Shown here piece after piece: positions 1 through 8,849 of a DNA stretch of 64,000 nucleotides. Both the position numbers and the translations under genes were made by a program. The notes below the pieces were generated by a model. It saw nothing but the letters and a program-made list of their open reading frames with translations. It was not told the origin of the DNA and did no database searches. This stretch comes from a virus. Its lineage: Duplodnaviria; Caudoviricetes. The DNA lies in IMG/VR virus record IMGVR_UViG_3300037041_001930. One strand, 5' to 3'. Every line of letters begins with the position of its first letter. The first letter of the stretch is position 1.

Positions 1-1069
1 TCTCCTTTATGTACCTTTGTTGGATGTCGAATCCAGGTGCACCCAGGACTACGGCGAGAACCCCTGCGGTATCACTGAGAACGAACTGAGCGGTCTCCTT
101 GCAATACGCATCCGAGTAAAGAATGCGCGCCTTTTTATTCGCTATATTCGCAAGGGTGCTCTCACACACGTTAAAGCGGGATAGGTGTGGTTCATAGACG
201 ATGAGCAGTTTTGTGTCCCGCAGCGCCGCCAGGGGGATCCCTGGGGACATCGCGGCGACAACTGCTTTGACCACAGTGGATACCCGGGTGTCCGGATCCG
301 AGATACCAGAGACGATGGTTCCTAACAATGTCTCCGGAGAAAGGGACGTGAAGTCCTGGATGCCGGAGATATGAACCCCGCCTCGGAGGATATCCGCTGG
401 GGTGAGCTCCGTGCTAATACCACCTGTATCTCTGATCTCTGGGGTACTCACCAAGGTGGCATTGTGCTCATAGGGCACCGAGGCTGCAGTGAGCTTGCGG
501 GTCACCGCGACGACATGCCATGCCACGTTGTTCTCATTGTTGGAATCCACCATGATGTAGAGGTGGTCAACCGCAAGGTTTGTACCAAGGCCTGCCCATA
601 GCCTCTTGAGCTTGGGAAAGATGTCCTTCATGGTTGTCGTGAGGTAGACTTGTGCTCTCTCGGCCTCCTGGAGCTGGGTGAACTCCATGTGCGTCTTCGC
701 GTAGACATCACTGGATATCACATGCTTGCTCTCGAGGTCATCGACCAGGGAAGGCAGGGTGTGCTTCATGATGACTTCCACGAAACCCTCGCGATCCGAG
801 TTCCTGGAAACCTGAACCATGGAGGTCGCCGGCAGGAAGGCGAACCTCTCGTCCTGGGAAACCAAGGTGGCATCACGAAGGCGCACCCAGGTGTCCACGA
901 GAACCTGTCTCTGGGGATCATGGAGAGCGAACTCCTTCTCAAGGAGTTTGAGACGATGGCACTGATTGATGCCACCCATGAAGCCTAAATACCCGGAATC
1001 ACCGTGTGTGGTATCGGCTCGGCTATAGTTGAGGACATCCTTGATGGCCGTGTAGAGTTCAGGGGTCAT
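1..1069 (-). CDS. Hypothetical protein, paralog family A member (runs off left edge, >=356 aa)
   Basis: Manually translated open frame from ATG at 1069 (MTPELYTAIKDVLNYS...), ATGA-coupled to the stop of 1066-1722, no stop before the window edge. Shares L..AI..VL, S.VYAK and LxIxVDS motifs with neighbours. Absent from the ORF track. Confidence 0.75.
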   Translation of the reverse strand, partial: MTPELYTAIKDVLNYSRADTTHGDSGYLGFMGGINQCHRLKLLEKEFALHDPQRQVLVDTWVRLRDATLVSQDERFAFLPATSMVQVSRNSDREGFVEVIMKHTLPSLVDDLESKHVISSDVYAKTHMEFTQLQEAERAQVYLTTTMKDIFPKLKRLWAGLGTNLAVDHLYIMVDSNNENNVAWHVVAVTRKLTAASVPYEHNATLVSTPEIRDTGGISTELTPADILRGGVHISGIQDFTSLSPETLLGTIVSGISDPDTRVSTVVKAVVAAMSPGIPLAALRDTKLLIVYEPHLSRFNVCESTLANIANKKARILYSDAYCKETAQFVLSDTAGVLAVVLGAPGFDIQQRYIKE

Positions 1070-1722
1070 GATTGCTCTCCTTGGGGTTGGGCGGGGGTGG
1101 TGACCACGGGGAAGTCCCCGTTGGGTGTCGGGTTTCCGAGATCGACGCAACACGTGATGCGCTGGGTGTTCTCAACGATGACGACAAGGCACCACTGAAG
1201 CATCATGGAGTACCTGGAGTCCACAAATAGGATTGCCTTACGGAGCCGGGTTGGGTACCCAAGCCTGCCCACAGCGGCGGCGACCTCGGGGGCACACATG
1301 GCTACCATACGACGTGACATCTCGGCGGGGTCATGGAGGTGCCAGGGATCACTGGGGCTCCAGGTTTCCTTGGCGTAGACCTCGGAGCGCAGTGCACTCG
1401 TGAATGGTTTGCCGAGCCCAGAGTAATCCATACAGAAGTTTCCCACGCATGTCCGGATATTGAGAGGGTTGTCAAGTGCAGCATGGGGCATCTCAACAGT
1501 GAAGTCCCCGAGATCCATGCCGGTATCCTTGAACTCCTTGAAGATCCACGCCGACAGGGCCTCCTGAGGAGACCCCAGGTGCGCCCTATAGGCGTCGTGG
1601 AGATCGACGAGGAGCCCAACCATGTTGGCCTGCCTGACGTGCTCCGCGGGGTACACGAAGTTGCCATGACTCTTATGGGCGTCGAGGATGGCCTCGATGG
1701 CGTCGCGAAGTCTGGTGCTCAT
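1066..1722 (-). CDS. Hypothetical protein, paralog family A
   Basis: MSTRLRDAIEAIL... start ATGA-coupled to the 1719 stop; C-terminal part of track ORF 1066..2013. Confidence 0.7.
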   Translation of the reverse strand: MSTRLRDAIEAILDAHKSHGNFVYPAEHVRQANMVGLLVDLHDAYRAHLGSPQEALSAWIFKEFKDTGMDLGDFTVEMPHAALDNPLNIRTCVGNFCMDYSGLGKPFTSALRSEVYAKETWSPSDPWHLHDPAEMSRRMVAMCAPEVAAAVGRLGYPTRLRKAILFVDSRYSMMLQWCLVVIVENTQRITCCVDLGNPTPNGDFPVVTTPAQPQGEQS

Positions 1723-1940
1723 GGTTGGTCTCTCCTGGAGTCCAGGTAGTCGATGAATCTCTTGGTGGCCACATACATCCCGATCCCCCATGCACCGACG
1801 AGAGCATAGGCGAAACCAAAGGACATCGTCAGCTTGGGGTACGGGGAGACCCCGGTGATGCCGAGAACAAATAGGGAGACGCCTCCCGACACAATGATCA
1901 GCCCTAGGGCAAGGCCTTGCTTGGGTGTAGGTGGCTTCAT
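1719..1940 (-). CDS. Small two-TM membrane protein
   Basis: 73 aa with two hydrophobic segments (LALGLIIVSGGVSLFVLGI; FGFAYALVGAWGIGMYVA), ATGA-coupled at both ends. Confidence 0.7.
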   Translation of the reverse strand: MKPPTPKQGLALGLIIVSGGVSLFVLGITGVSPYPKLTMSFGFAYALVGAWGIGMYVATKRFIDYLDSRRDQP

Positions 1941-2341
1941 GACTTAGCCTTCTCCGTAGAACGGAGCGCAGAAATAATGGAATCCGAGTAACCCGTGTTA
2001 AGGGCGATGTCATCTGCCTCGGCCTCTGCGGCTTTCTCGAGACGCTCGAGTCGAATCCACGCGTCTGTACCCTCTAGGATCTGCTGGGGAGCATGCGAGG
2101 TCTCAGTGACCACAAAGCAGGCCAGGAAGGCAGATGAATGCAAAACGAGCGCCTGCAGTGTATCCGTGGTATCTGGCAGAAGGGTAGCCTGGGCTACTGC
2201 GGCATCCAGGTTTCTCAGCCTTTCGCAGGACTCCGAACCATTCAAGACCTGACCTGGGGCGGAAAGCTCCGGTGGCAGCGTATAGTTCGAGATGACTAAG
2301 CCAACTGCTCTAAGCAGGGCTACGCGGGCGTCTAAGCTCAT
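1937..2341 (-). CDS. Hypothetical protein, family A-like N-terminus
   Basis: AGGAG SD, ATGA coupling; LLRAVGLVISNYTLPPELSAPGQ aligns with LSDAIAAVIAAYPTPQGCLAPQQ of the upstream ORF. Confidence 0.65.
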   Translation of the reverse strand: MSLDARVALLRAVGLVISNYTLPPELSAPGQVLNGSESCERLRNLDAAVAQATLLPDTTDTLQALVLHSSAFLACFVVTETSHAPQQILEGTDAWIRLERLEKAAEAEADDIALNTGYSDSIISALRSTEKAKS

Positions 2342-2997
2342 GACTTCTCCTTTAGAGATGGTTTGGTTTTCTTCTTCGACTTCACCCAGTTCGCAGTTAC
2401 AACAACACACATGTCACCCATGCGATCCCGGAACAAGATGATCTCACCGAGGACCACACGGAACCCGGGGGCATGGAGTTCATTGAAATACTTTGCAGCC
2501 CCTGGCAGCGTGGAGTAGAGCAGGACCTTAGCAAGACTGACCATGTCATGGGAACTCCGCTCCCTGAGATACGATGACCTGATGACTGGGGAGCGCCACA
2601 CCGTGCAGTCGACATCCACACGCTCGAGCTGCACGGCCTTGGCATCATCATTGACATGCTCGACGCGCCGGGCACTCCACGTCGTGTTCTTATAGGCCAG
2701 ACAGCTCATTTCCTTGGAGAGCAGGTATTCCCCGTACTCGATGACCGTAGAGGCCACCGGGGTCTTCTCGCCCCTCCTGGCGTCCAGCTTCCGCTTCCAG
2801 TTCTGCCAACAGACATCAAGGGCACGCATGAGCTTGATGGACATCGCCCCGGTCTGCATCTGCTGGGGGGCCAGGCAGCCCTGAGGGGTCGGGTACGCCG
2901 CGATCACGGCTGCGATGGCATCACTGAGATCCCCTGAGCACCCCAGGAAGTCGTCATCTGGGGTCGAGGGCGGAGTCGTCATAGCTGATGAGGTCAT
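2338..2997 (-). CDS. Hypothetical protein, paralog family A
   Basis: 219-aa ORF downstream of a predicted promoter; shared motifs with 1066-1722. Confidence 0.7.
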   Translation of the reverse strand: MTSSAMTTPPSTPDDDFLGCSGDLSDAIAAVIAAYPTPQGCLAPQQMQTGAMSIKLMRALDVCWQNWKRKLDARRGEKTPVASTVIEYGEYLLSKEMSCLAYKNTTWSARRVEHVNDDAKAVQLERVDVDCTVWRSPVIRSSYLRERSSHDMVSLAKVLLYSTLPGAAKYFNELHAPGFRVVLGEIILFRDRMGDMCVVVTANWVKSKKKTKPSLKEKS

Positions 2998-3050
2998 CGG
3001 GATCCCACTGTCTCGACGCTGGAGACTGTTGAGGGTTGGCGCCTACTGGC

Positions 3051-3079
3051 ATTCTGAATTCGTGAATTCAGAACGGCAA
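3051..3079 (-). promoter_or_regulatory. Sigma70-like promoter overlapped by a 22-bp palindrome (candidate operator)
   Basis: Minus strand TTGCCG-17 nt-CAGAAT; TTCTGAATTC-GT-GAATTCAGAA perfect inverted repeat at 3052-3073. Confidence 0.55.
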
Positions 3080-3088
3080 AGCGTACTT

Positions 3089-3904
3089 TCATGATTTGGC
3101 CTCCACGGGGAGGAAGGTGTCGGGCTTGGAACCCGGGATGATGCCCTCGTAGTTCACCGGGGAGTGCCCGGCTTCTTTAGTCCCCCAGGTGCCCCGGACA
3201 CTCCAGGTATCCGTGGCGACATCATACTGGATCGCCGAGAACGCGGCCCGCTTCCCGTACTCCCGAATCGTGCGGCCGTCAGGCCTCCACCGGAACCCCA
3301 TCTCAGGGTTCGCCTTGAGATACTCGCGCTCCATGGCGACGACATCAAGGGTCAACACAGGCTTCCCCTGGGCCACTAAGTGCTTGTAGATCACGAGTTC
3401 CCGAAACCGGAACTCGGTGAACACGCGAGGTGAGCTCCTCCCTGGGGTTGTGTGCACCCTGGCTTCCTCACACATCAGGGGCTCCAGGGCACGCCGGCGC
3501 GCCGCCTTGTGGACATGCTGGGGTTTCCCTGGGATCACCTCGGTCTTGTAGACCAAGTGATGCCTCGTCGTCCCCTCGATGGGCTCATAGCTCTCGGAGA
3601 CCAGGATGCACCCGATACCCCGGAGCCCAGCGAGATCCTTGATCGCGAGGTGTGCCCAGCCCCGCTTCGGGAACGCGACATAGACGGCATCGTAGACCCC
3701 CTTGCGGACATGCTTCTCGGCTTGGGCGAGAACCCCGAGGTTCGCCGACGCCTTGACCTCGATGCCGATGAGACGCCCCTGGGGGTCCACCGCGGAGATA
3801 TCACAGAGGGCGCCGAGCTCGGGGTACACCGTCCACCCCTGGGCGACGAGCTCCCGGGAAACTGTAACAGCGACGCGTTCTTCTGGGGGGACATACGTGG
3901 GCAT
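3089..3904 (-). CDS. PD-(D/E)XK family endonuclease-like protein
   Basis: E...CDISA...IGIEVKAS...LAQA motif, i.e. (E)..D..ExK..Q of the restriction-endonuclease-like fold. Confidence 0.65.
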   Translation of the reverse strand: MPTYVPPEERVAVTVSRELVAQGWTVYPELGALCDISAVDPQGRLIGIEVKASANLGVLAQAEKHVRKGVYDAVYVAFPKRGWAHLAIKDLAGLRGIGCILVSESYEPIEGTTRHHLVYKTEVIPGKPQHVHKAARRRALEPLMCEEARVHTTPGRSSPRVFTEFRFRELVIYKHLVAQGKPVLTLDVVAMEREYLKANPEMGFRWRPDGRTIREYGKRAAFSAIQYDVATDTWSVRGTWGTKEAGHSPVNYEGIIPGSKPDTFLPVEAKS

Positions 3905-4046
3905 GGCATCACTTTCAATTCAAGATTCGTAGGTCTGGATGACCCCATACCGCAGACAGTGGTTTCGCGGGGTCGACTAAATAGTAATAAAATACATGAA
4001 GATATGTTTGATCGCCCACGTATTTTTGTCGGTACTGCTAGCGTGG

Positions 4047-4061
4047 TTTACTCAGAGTAAT
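4047..4061 (-). promoter_or_regulatory. TTGACT-N3-AGTAAA motif, variant copy
   Basis: Minus strand ATTACT-CTG-AGTAAA in the intergenic gap downstream of a terminator. Confidence 0.45.
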
Positions 4062-4102
4062 CCTCGTTCACGAAATGCAAGAGGCCTGGGTGACCCATAG
4101 AT

Positions 4103-4150
4103 AAAAAAAAGGGGCAGCACTGATCCCCTCGCGGAGACCAGTGCTGTCCT
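4103..4150 (-). terminator. Rho-independent terminator
   Basis: Minus strand GGACAGCACTGGTCTCC-GCGA-GGGGATCAGTGCTGCCCC followed by T8; GNRA loop. Confidence 0.85.
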
Positions 4151-4169
4151 CAGTTGTCATCTCGTGTCC

Positions 4170-4433
4170 TCAGCCGTCATCCTCGACGATGCCGGCGGGG
4201 AACTGGGACACGAAAGCCTCAACCCTCCCGGTTAAGCAGGCATACGAGGATTCGATCTCCTTGAGGCGCTTCTGGTAATACATGATGACCTCGACGAAAG
4301 CGGCATCCCGTGTCTTCGCCCGCATGGCCAGATTCATGCCGCGGGTCTCATCATAGATCCAGAAGCCATCGTGGCATTCCGAGAGCGCTAGGGTGGGACT
4401 GAGTTCAGTGTGGGATATCGGGGGTCTCGCCAT
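4170..4433 (-). CDS. Hypothetical phage protein
   Basis: MARPPISHTELSPTLALSECHDGFWIYDETRGMNLAMRAKT..., C-terminal coiled coil; C-terminal part of track ORF 4170..4883. Confidence 0.65.
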   Translation of the reverse strand: MARPPISHTELSPTLALSECHDGFWIYDETRGMNLAMRAKTRDAAFVEVIMYYQKRLKEIESSYACLTGRVEAFVSQFPAGIVEDDG

Positions 4434-4923
4434 CTCTGGGCTCCTTGGGCTCCGGGGGTTCCGCCCCGATCTTGGTGTACCAATCACAGCGCATCGCGGC
4501 GACAGCGGCGAGGACATCCCTGGCGCGTTGGAGTCTGGACTCCGCGGATGCCACTTCAGTCTTCGCACGACAACACAGGTAAGCCCAGGCGTCATCCCAG
4601 GTATCGAAGTAGCGGTACTTGGTCTCATCGCAGTGGAAGCGCCTCTGGACCCCGTAATGAGGGAATCGTCGGTGGCCACCCCCGTAGAAGTTCCTGACCC
4701 CCTGGAAGTAATCCCTCCCATCAACCCTGACCTTCTCGGTGTACGGGATTTTGAGGATGGCGAGCTCACTGATATCAATGGGGCCCGACTTCTCGACCTG
4801 AAAGGCGAAGAGAACACGGGGCTCCTGGGGCTTGGTAAAGTCGACAACCCCCTCTTTAGTGCGCGGGAACTCCACGCGACCATTCTTCAGGGCCTCCTTG
4901 ACGTTTATCTTTTCTGTGCTCAT
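4405..4923 (-). CDS. Hypothetical protein
   Basis: MSTEKINVK... start ATGA-coupled to the 4920 stop. Confidence 0.65.
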   Translation of the reverse strand: MSTEKINVKEALKNGRVEFPRTKEGVVDFTKPQEPRVLFAFQVEKSGPIDISELAILKIPYTEKVRVDGRDYFQGVRNFYGGGHRRFPHYGVQRRFHCDETKYRYFDTWDDAWAYLCCRAKTEVASAESRLQRARDVLAAVAAMRCDWYTKIGAEPPEPKEPRDGETPDIPH

Positions 4924-5225
4924 CCCGGGGTCCCCCCATCTAAGCGCTCGAGGACCTGACTGCGATGCCATCCCGAGGGCATGTTAGCGGCGAGCCATTT
5001 GAGGTCTTCCAGAGTCATCTCATCCAGGGAGTACACGATGACTCTGAAGGGCTCATGATTGTAGATCTTGGCCATGAGGGCCTTGAACTCCGGAAGTGTC
5101 CGGAGATCCTCGAGCTGGGGGTTCCTGAAGACTGTCCGGCTCACATAGCTCAGGAAGTAGTCGGTGTCGTACTGAACCTTATTGGCCTTGTAGGCCTCGA
5201 TCAGGGGGTGGTAGACGATGGGCAT
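4920..5225 (-). CDS. Paralog family B member 4 (AYKxNKxxYDxD)
   Basis: HPLIEAYKANKVQYDTDYFL...PEFKALM...EPF...EDLKWL. Confidence 0.8.
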   Translation of the reverse strand: MPIVYHPLIEAYKANKVQYDTDYFLSYVSRTVFRNPQLEDLRTLPEFKALMAKIYNHEPFRVIVYSLDEMTLEDLKWLAANMPSGWHRSQVLERLDGGTPG

Positions 5226-5743
5226 GTCTGGGACTCCTTTTTATCTGGCAGTATTACCTCGAGGAACTCACTGGGGTTCTGTCTGGCGTGCTCCAATGCC
5301 ACCATCTCCTCAAGTGCTGGCTTCAGGGCGATCTTCTCGAACATGGCATCGAAATCATTTTCAACCCCAGCCTTGATCTCATCGAGGACAGGCTTGGTGC
5401 CCTGTGGGCAGGAACCCATGTTACCCCTGGCCAGCGCAAGTGCGGTGTCGATGCCTGGTCTGTGGTCGAAGTGATCCATGACCTTACTGTAATGCCACCC
5501 GATTGGCATCTCAACCATCAACCACTGGAGATCCTCCAGTGACATCTCCCCAAGGCTCTCGATGATGGCGTTGAATGGGTCCGGGTTCTTCACGGTAGCC
5601 ATGAGACCCGTGTACCAGGGGTTCTCGCGAAGCCCGATGAGATGGGGGTTCCCCTGAACGCTCCAGTTCAGGGCCCCCAGGAAATAGTCTTGATCGTATT
5701 GTGCTTTATTGGCCTTGTAGGCCTCGACTAAATGGTGACCCAT
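5201..5743 (-). CDS. Paralog family B member 3, with C-terminal extension
   Basis: HHLVEAYKANKAQYDQDYFL...GLM...DPF...EDLQWL. Confidence 0.8.
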   Translation of the reverse strand: MGHHLVEAYKANKAQYDQDYFLGALNWSVQGNPHLIGLRENPWYTGLMATVKNPDPFNAIIESLGEMSLEDLQWLMVEMPIGWHYSKVMDHFDHRPGIDTALALARGNMGSCPQGTKPVLDEIKAGVENDFDAMFEKIALKPALEEMVALEHARQNPSEFLEVILPDKKESQTCPSSTTP

Positions 5744-5774
5744 GTGTGGTCCTCCGTTGTCATGTCTTGGTATG

Positions 5775-6191
5775 TTATCCCGTGCTAGATGCCACTGAGT
5801 CCCTGGGTTCGGGTTCCACCCAGGTCGAATTGTGAACCGAGTAGACGCGACGCGCGTACTCCTTTTCAGGAGGAGTCATGGCGTCGTGCATGGCCATGGC
5901 GAGATCCTGGACTCGCCGGCGCAGCTTGCAGGTCGGCAGGAAGATCTCGAGCCAGCGGAGATCCGAGTATCCCAGGGTGTCCACGACGGCCTCGATATCC
6001 GCGAAGGGTTCTCGGGTGGTCACCGTGGCCATGAGAGCCCGGAACTCAGGGCGCTCCAGGAGTTCTCCGCATTCCCCAAAGGAACACGTCTTCATGCCCT
6101 GCTCAATGAAGACCAGGGCGTTGTCGGCGTCGTAGCGCGCTTTATTGATCTTGTAGGCCTGCACCGAGGGGTGTGTGTGGGGTGTGGTCAT
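5775..6191 (-). CDS. Paralog family B member 2
   Basis: HPSVQAYKINKARYDADNAL...PEFRALM...EPF...SDLRWL; start reassigned to MTTPH at 6191. Confidence 0.8.
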   Translation of the reverse strand: MTTPHTHPSVQAYKINKARYDADNALVFIEQGMKTCSFGECGELLERPEFRALMATVTTREPFADIEAVVDTLGYSDLRWLEIFLPTCKLRRRVQDLAMAMHDAMTPPEKEYARRVYSVHNSTWVEPEPRDSVASSTG

Positions 6192-6262
6192 AGGGTTGTT
6201 TTCCTTCTGGGAGTTGGATTCCCCAGGCTCCCCGTGATCTCGGCGTCGGATTGGCATGTCAT
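6188..6262 (-). CDS. 24-aa bridging mini-ORF (MTCQSDAEITGSLGNPTPRRKTTL)
   Basis: Its ATG overlaps the stop of 6259-6594 and its TGA overlaps the ATG of 5775-6191 (ATGA at both ends). Confidence 0.35.
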   Translation of the reverse strand: MTCQSDAEITGSLGNPTPRRKTTL

Positions 6263-6594
6263 CTCCACCACCCCCCGTATGCACTCCAGATCTCCTTGTT
6301 ACGGGAGATCACGGGTGCATACGCCGGGGATGTAATGGGAAGATTCTTCTCCAACCAGTTGAGATCATAGAGATCGAGCTCGGGTATCGCGTCAACAATG
6401 GCCTTGAAGGGATCAGGGTTCACCTGGGTCTTCATGAGGCCCTGGAACTCAGGGGTCCCCAGGACCCCCTGGAGTTCCCCCATCTGGGATTCCACCGAAG
6501 TCGAATCCCTGATGAAGTTCAGATAGTTGTCGGTGTCGTACTGGGCCTTGTTAGCCTTGTAGGCCGCGACTGCGGGGTGGTCGACTTTACTCAT
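6259..6594 (-). CDS. Paralog family B member 1
   Basis: HPAVAAYKANKAQYDTDNYL...PEFQGLM...DPF...YDLNWL; ATGA-coupled to the DHH gene stop. Confidence 0.8.
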   Translation of the reverse strand: MSKVDHPAVAAYKANKAQYDTDNYLNFIRDSTSVESQMGELQGVLGTPEFQGLMKTQVNPDPFKAIVDAIPELDLYDLNWLEKNLPITSPAYAPVISRNKEIWSAYGGWWR

Positions 6595-7634
6595 CCCTGG
6601 GCTCCAAGGACCCCGAGGTGCTCGGAGCCCTGGATCGAGGCCTTCATTTGCTCCACCGTGGGGGTGCCATCTCGTCTCATGGAGAGCTGGGAGTCCTGCA
6701 GGGGCAGGGTGAACCCCGCGGCACTGGGGTGCCCATTGCCACCCCATTTCCGAGCTATGGCGGAGACATCGACACCTCCCTTACGGGAGCGCAGACTGAA
6801 TATCTTGGTCTCGTTCAATACCCGGTACATCACGGCGACGTCGATCCCGGGATCCCCGAGGAGTAAAGCGTTCCCGATCTCGGAGACCAGAGTCGTCGCG
6901 TTGACAACCCCGACGCGGTACCCAAACATGTCAGTCTTGACGGCCTCGTAGACATGACGCGAGATCACGCCGGCCTCATACTTCAAGATGGCCTCGCCGA
7001 CATCATAGAACTCATCGGGGCCCCTCCGATACTCATTCAGGGCCTCCAGGAAGCCCTGAGGAGTCATCGGGAACAACATGAGGTGCGCCGTCGCCGCCTT
7101 GGTCTGGGGATCCCTGAAGCGCCAGAGATCCCGATCCCCGATGTGGGCGACGAGACGCCGCGCACACGAGAAGACATGCGTGGAGCCCTCCCAGGAGGGG
7201 CTACCCAGCGGGGTGGCATCCTTGACCTCAAAGAACTCTTGTATGCAGAGCTCGGCACCACTGAAATCAGAGTTGAATCGGGTGAATAGATTATCCCAAC
7301 ATGGATCCCCCTTGAGACCCAAAAGGGAGGTCATGGCATCGACGTGGTGATCAATGATGAAAACCTTGCTGGCGACACCGGCTATCTCGGCCAGCGAGGC
7401 ACGATCACATGTAAAGTCGACCAAATAGACCTCACGGGGCTTCATCGCCTTGATCTCGGCAACAATATCGGCGAGCCCCTTGGGGTCATTGTACGCGCAC
7501 CCCCGGGTCTCCGGGGTCTTAAATGGAGTCCCCTTGGGGTGCTCCAAACAATGACGCTCAAATAAACCCTGAGAGGTCACCGCGGCAGCGGCAGCACCGT
7601 CCCAGCAATTCGCGTGGTAGATAATAAATTGCAT
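6591..7634 (-). CDS. DHH/DHHA1 family phosphoesterase
   Basis: YHANCWDG, VDF, IIDHH, DRDLW and DHHA1 GGNGHPSAAGF motifs. Confidence 0.9.
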   Translation of the reverse strand: MQFIIYHANCWDGAAAAAVTSQGLFERHCLEHPKGTPFKTPETRGCAYNDPKGLADIVAEIKAMKPREVYLVDFTCDRASLAEIAGVASKVFIIDHHVDAMTSLLGLKGDPCWDNLFTRFNSDFSGAELCIQEFFEVKDATPLGSPSWEGSTHVFSCARRLVAHIGDRDLWRFRDPQTKAATAHLMLFPMTPQGFLEALNEYRRGPDEFYDVGEAILKYEAGVISRHVYEAVKTDMFGYRVGVVNATTLVSEIGNALLLGDPGIDVAVMYRVLNETKIFSLRSRKGGVDVSAIARKWGGNGHPSAAGFTLPLQDSQLSMRRDGTPTVEQMKASIQGSEHLGVLGAQG

Positions 7635-7666
7635 GGAGATCTCCTCGGGCATCATGTGCCCTGGCA

Positions 7667-8086
7667 TCACTTGGGTTTCTCGGCACTGGGGTCAATCTTT
7701 TTTTCCAGCGACATCAAGGTGACGATGTCGAGTTCGTGGAGGCTGCAGCCATAGTAGGTGACCCCGGTGCCTATGATGCCCCTGGAGTATGCAAACGATA
7801 TGGAGTCCACCTTGGCGTTCAAAGGAATCATGTGATAGCTCTCATTTAAGTACGCACACATATACATGATACCTTTGAGATCAATCCAGATCTGGCCGTG
7901 CTCCGGCTTGGGTTGCTCATGGGCGAGTTCCCGTCGATCCGCGGCATGGGCTTCCTCCATCTGCTGGAGATGGTACTTCGAGGTCGCCACGCGATCTCGG
8001 AGTCCTTTGAGATGGGCGACGCGTTCTGCAGGGGTGCCCTGGAATCTCGAGTGCACCCCTGCGCTTTCTGTGGTCATATCAGGCAT
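7667..8086 (-). CDS. Hypothetical protein with coiled coil and GQIW domain
   Basis: Coiled coil followed by QPKPEHGQIWIDLKG. Confidence 0.65.
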   Translation of the reverse strand: MPDMTTESAGVHSRFQGTPAERVAHLKGLRDRVATSKYHLQQMEEAHAADRRELAHEQPKPEHGQIWIDLKGIMYMCAYLNESYHMIPLNAKVDSISFAYSRGIIGTGVTYYGCSLHELDIVTLMSLEKKIDPSAEKPK

Positions 8087-8108
8087 GTGGTTTCCTTGTT
8101 CTCAAGGG

Positions 8109-8846
8109 TTATGTGTTCTTGGTGTACTTGGCCTTGATCTTCGCCATGGTCTTCAGGGACTTGATGGCAGCGGTGTACTCGTCGTGGTATTGGGTACCCG
8201 GCTTGTACGTGGAGTCCACCCTGCGCTTGAACTCCGCCATGGTACCCATCCAGCAATCCGACCAGACGACATCCCGGGTGGCATTCCATGTCACCATGTC
8301 GCGTCGATCCCCTATCTGGGTAGTCGAGACCACGATGTCGTCGAGGATGGCCTCGCTGAAATCAACACCGGTGAAATCAGCGAAACTGGTGGAGGTCTCC
8401 CAGCTGCCGATGTCGGACTTGATGAGATAGGCACGGCGAAGGCATGCCCACTTCAGTGAAGCCCCGGACAGCTTGGTCTGGTCGAGCATGGCACCCGTGA
8501 GATTAGCCCTGTTTAGAACTGCCCGACGGAGGTCAGCACCGGTGAGAGTCGCCCCGGCTAAATCTGCGTCGCTGAGATACGCGTTCATGAGCCTGGTGCC
8601 CCGGAGCCCCGCATTACTCAGGTCAGCGCCTTCTAAGCTGGCGCCCTCCAGATTTGCACGATTCAAGTTGATGCCTGGCATAAAAGCCTTGTACAAATTG
8701 GCACCTCGGAGATCGGCTCCACTGAGGGAACACCCGACGAGACTGGTTTCACTGAGGACCGCACGTTCCCCTTTGGTGGTGTGACCCAGCCATCGTGCAT
8801 GGGAACTCAACACTTTATCCAAGTATTCCTGCGATATCGTTTTCAT
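8109..8846 (-). CDS. Pentapeptide-repeat protein with DUF5758-like C-terminal domain
   Basis: Long A[DN]LxG/x repeat run; C-terminal IGDRRD...CWMGTMAEF...Y...EY. Confidence 0.9.
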   Translation of the reverse strand: MKTISQEYLDKVLSSHARWLGHTTKGERAVLSETSLVGCSLSGADLRGANLYKAFMPGINLNRANLEGASLEGADLSNAGLRGTRLMNAYLSDADLAGATLTGADLRRAVLNRANLTGAMLDQTKLSGASLKWACLRRAYLIKSDIGSWETSTSFADFTGVDFSEAILDDIVVSTTQIGDRRDMVTWNATRDVVWSDCWMGTMAEFKRRVDSTYKPGTQYHDEYTAAIKSLKTMAKIKAKYTKNT

Positions 8847-8849
8847 GAC

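Noticed and set aside
4920-6594. Diversity-generating retroelement explanation for the paralog array or the 13.5/14.0-kb repeat
   Set aside because: No reverse transcriptase in the window, and mismatches are not confined to adenines
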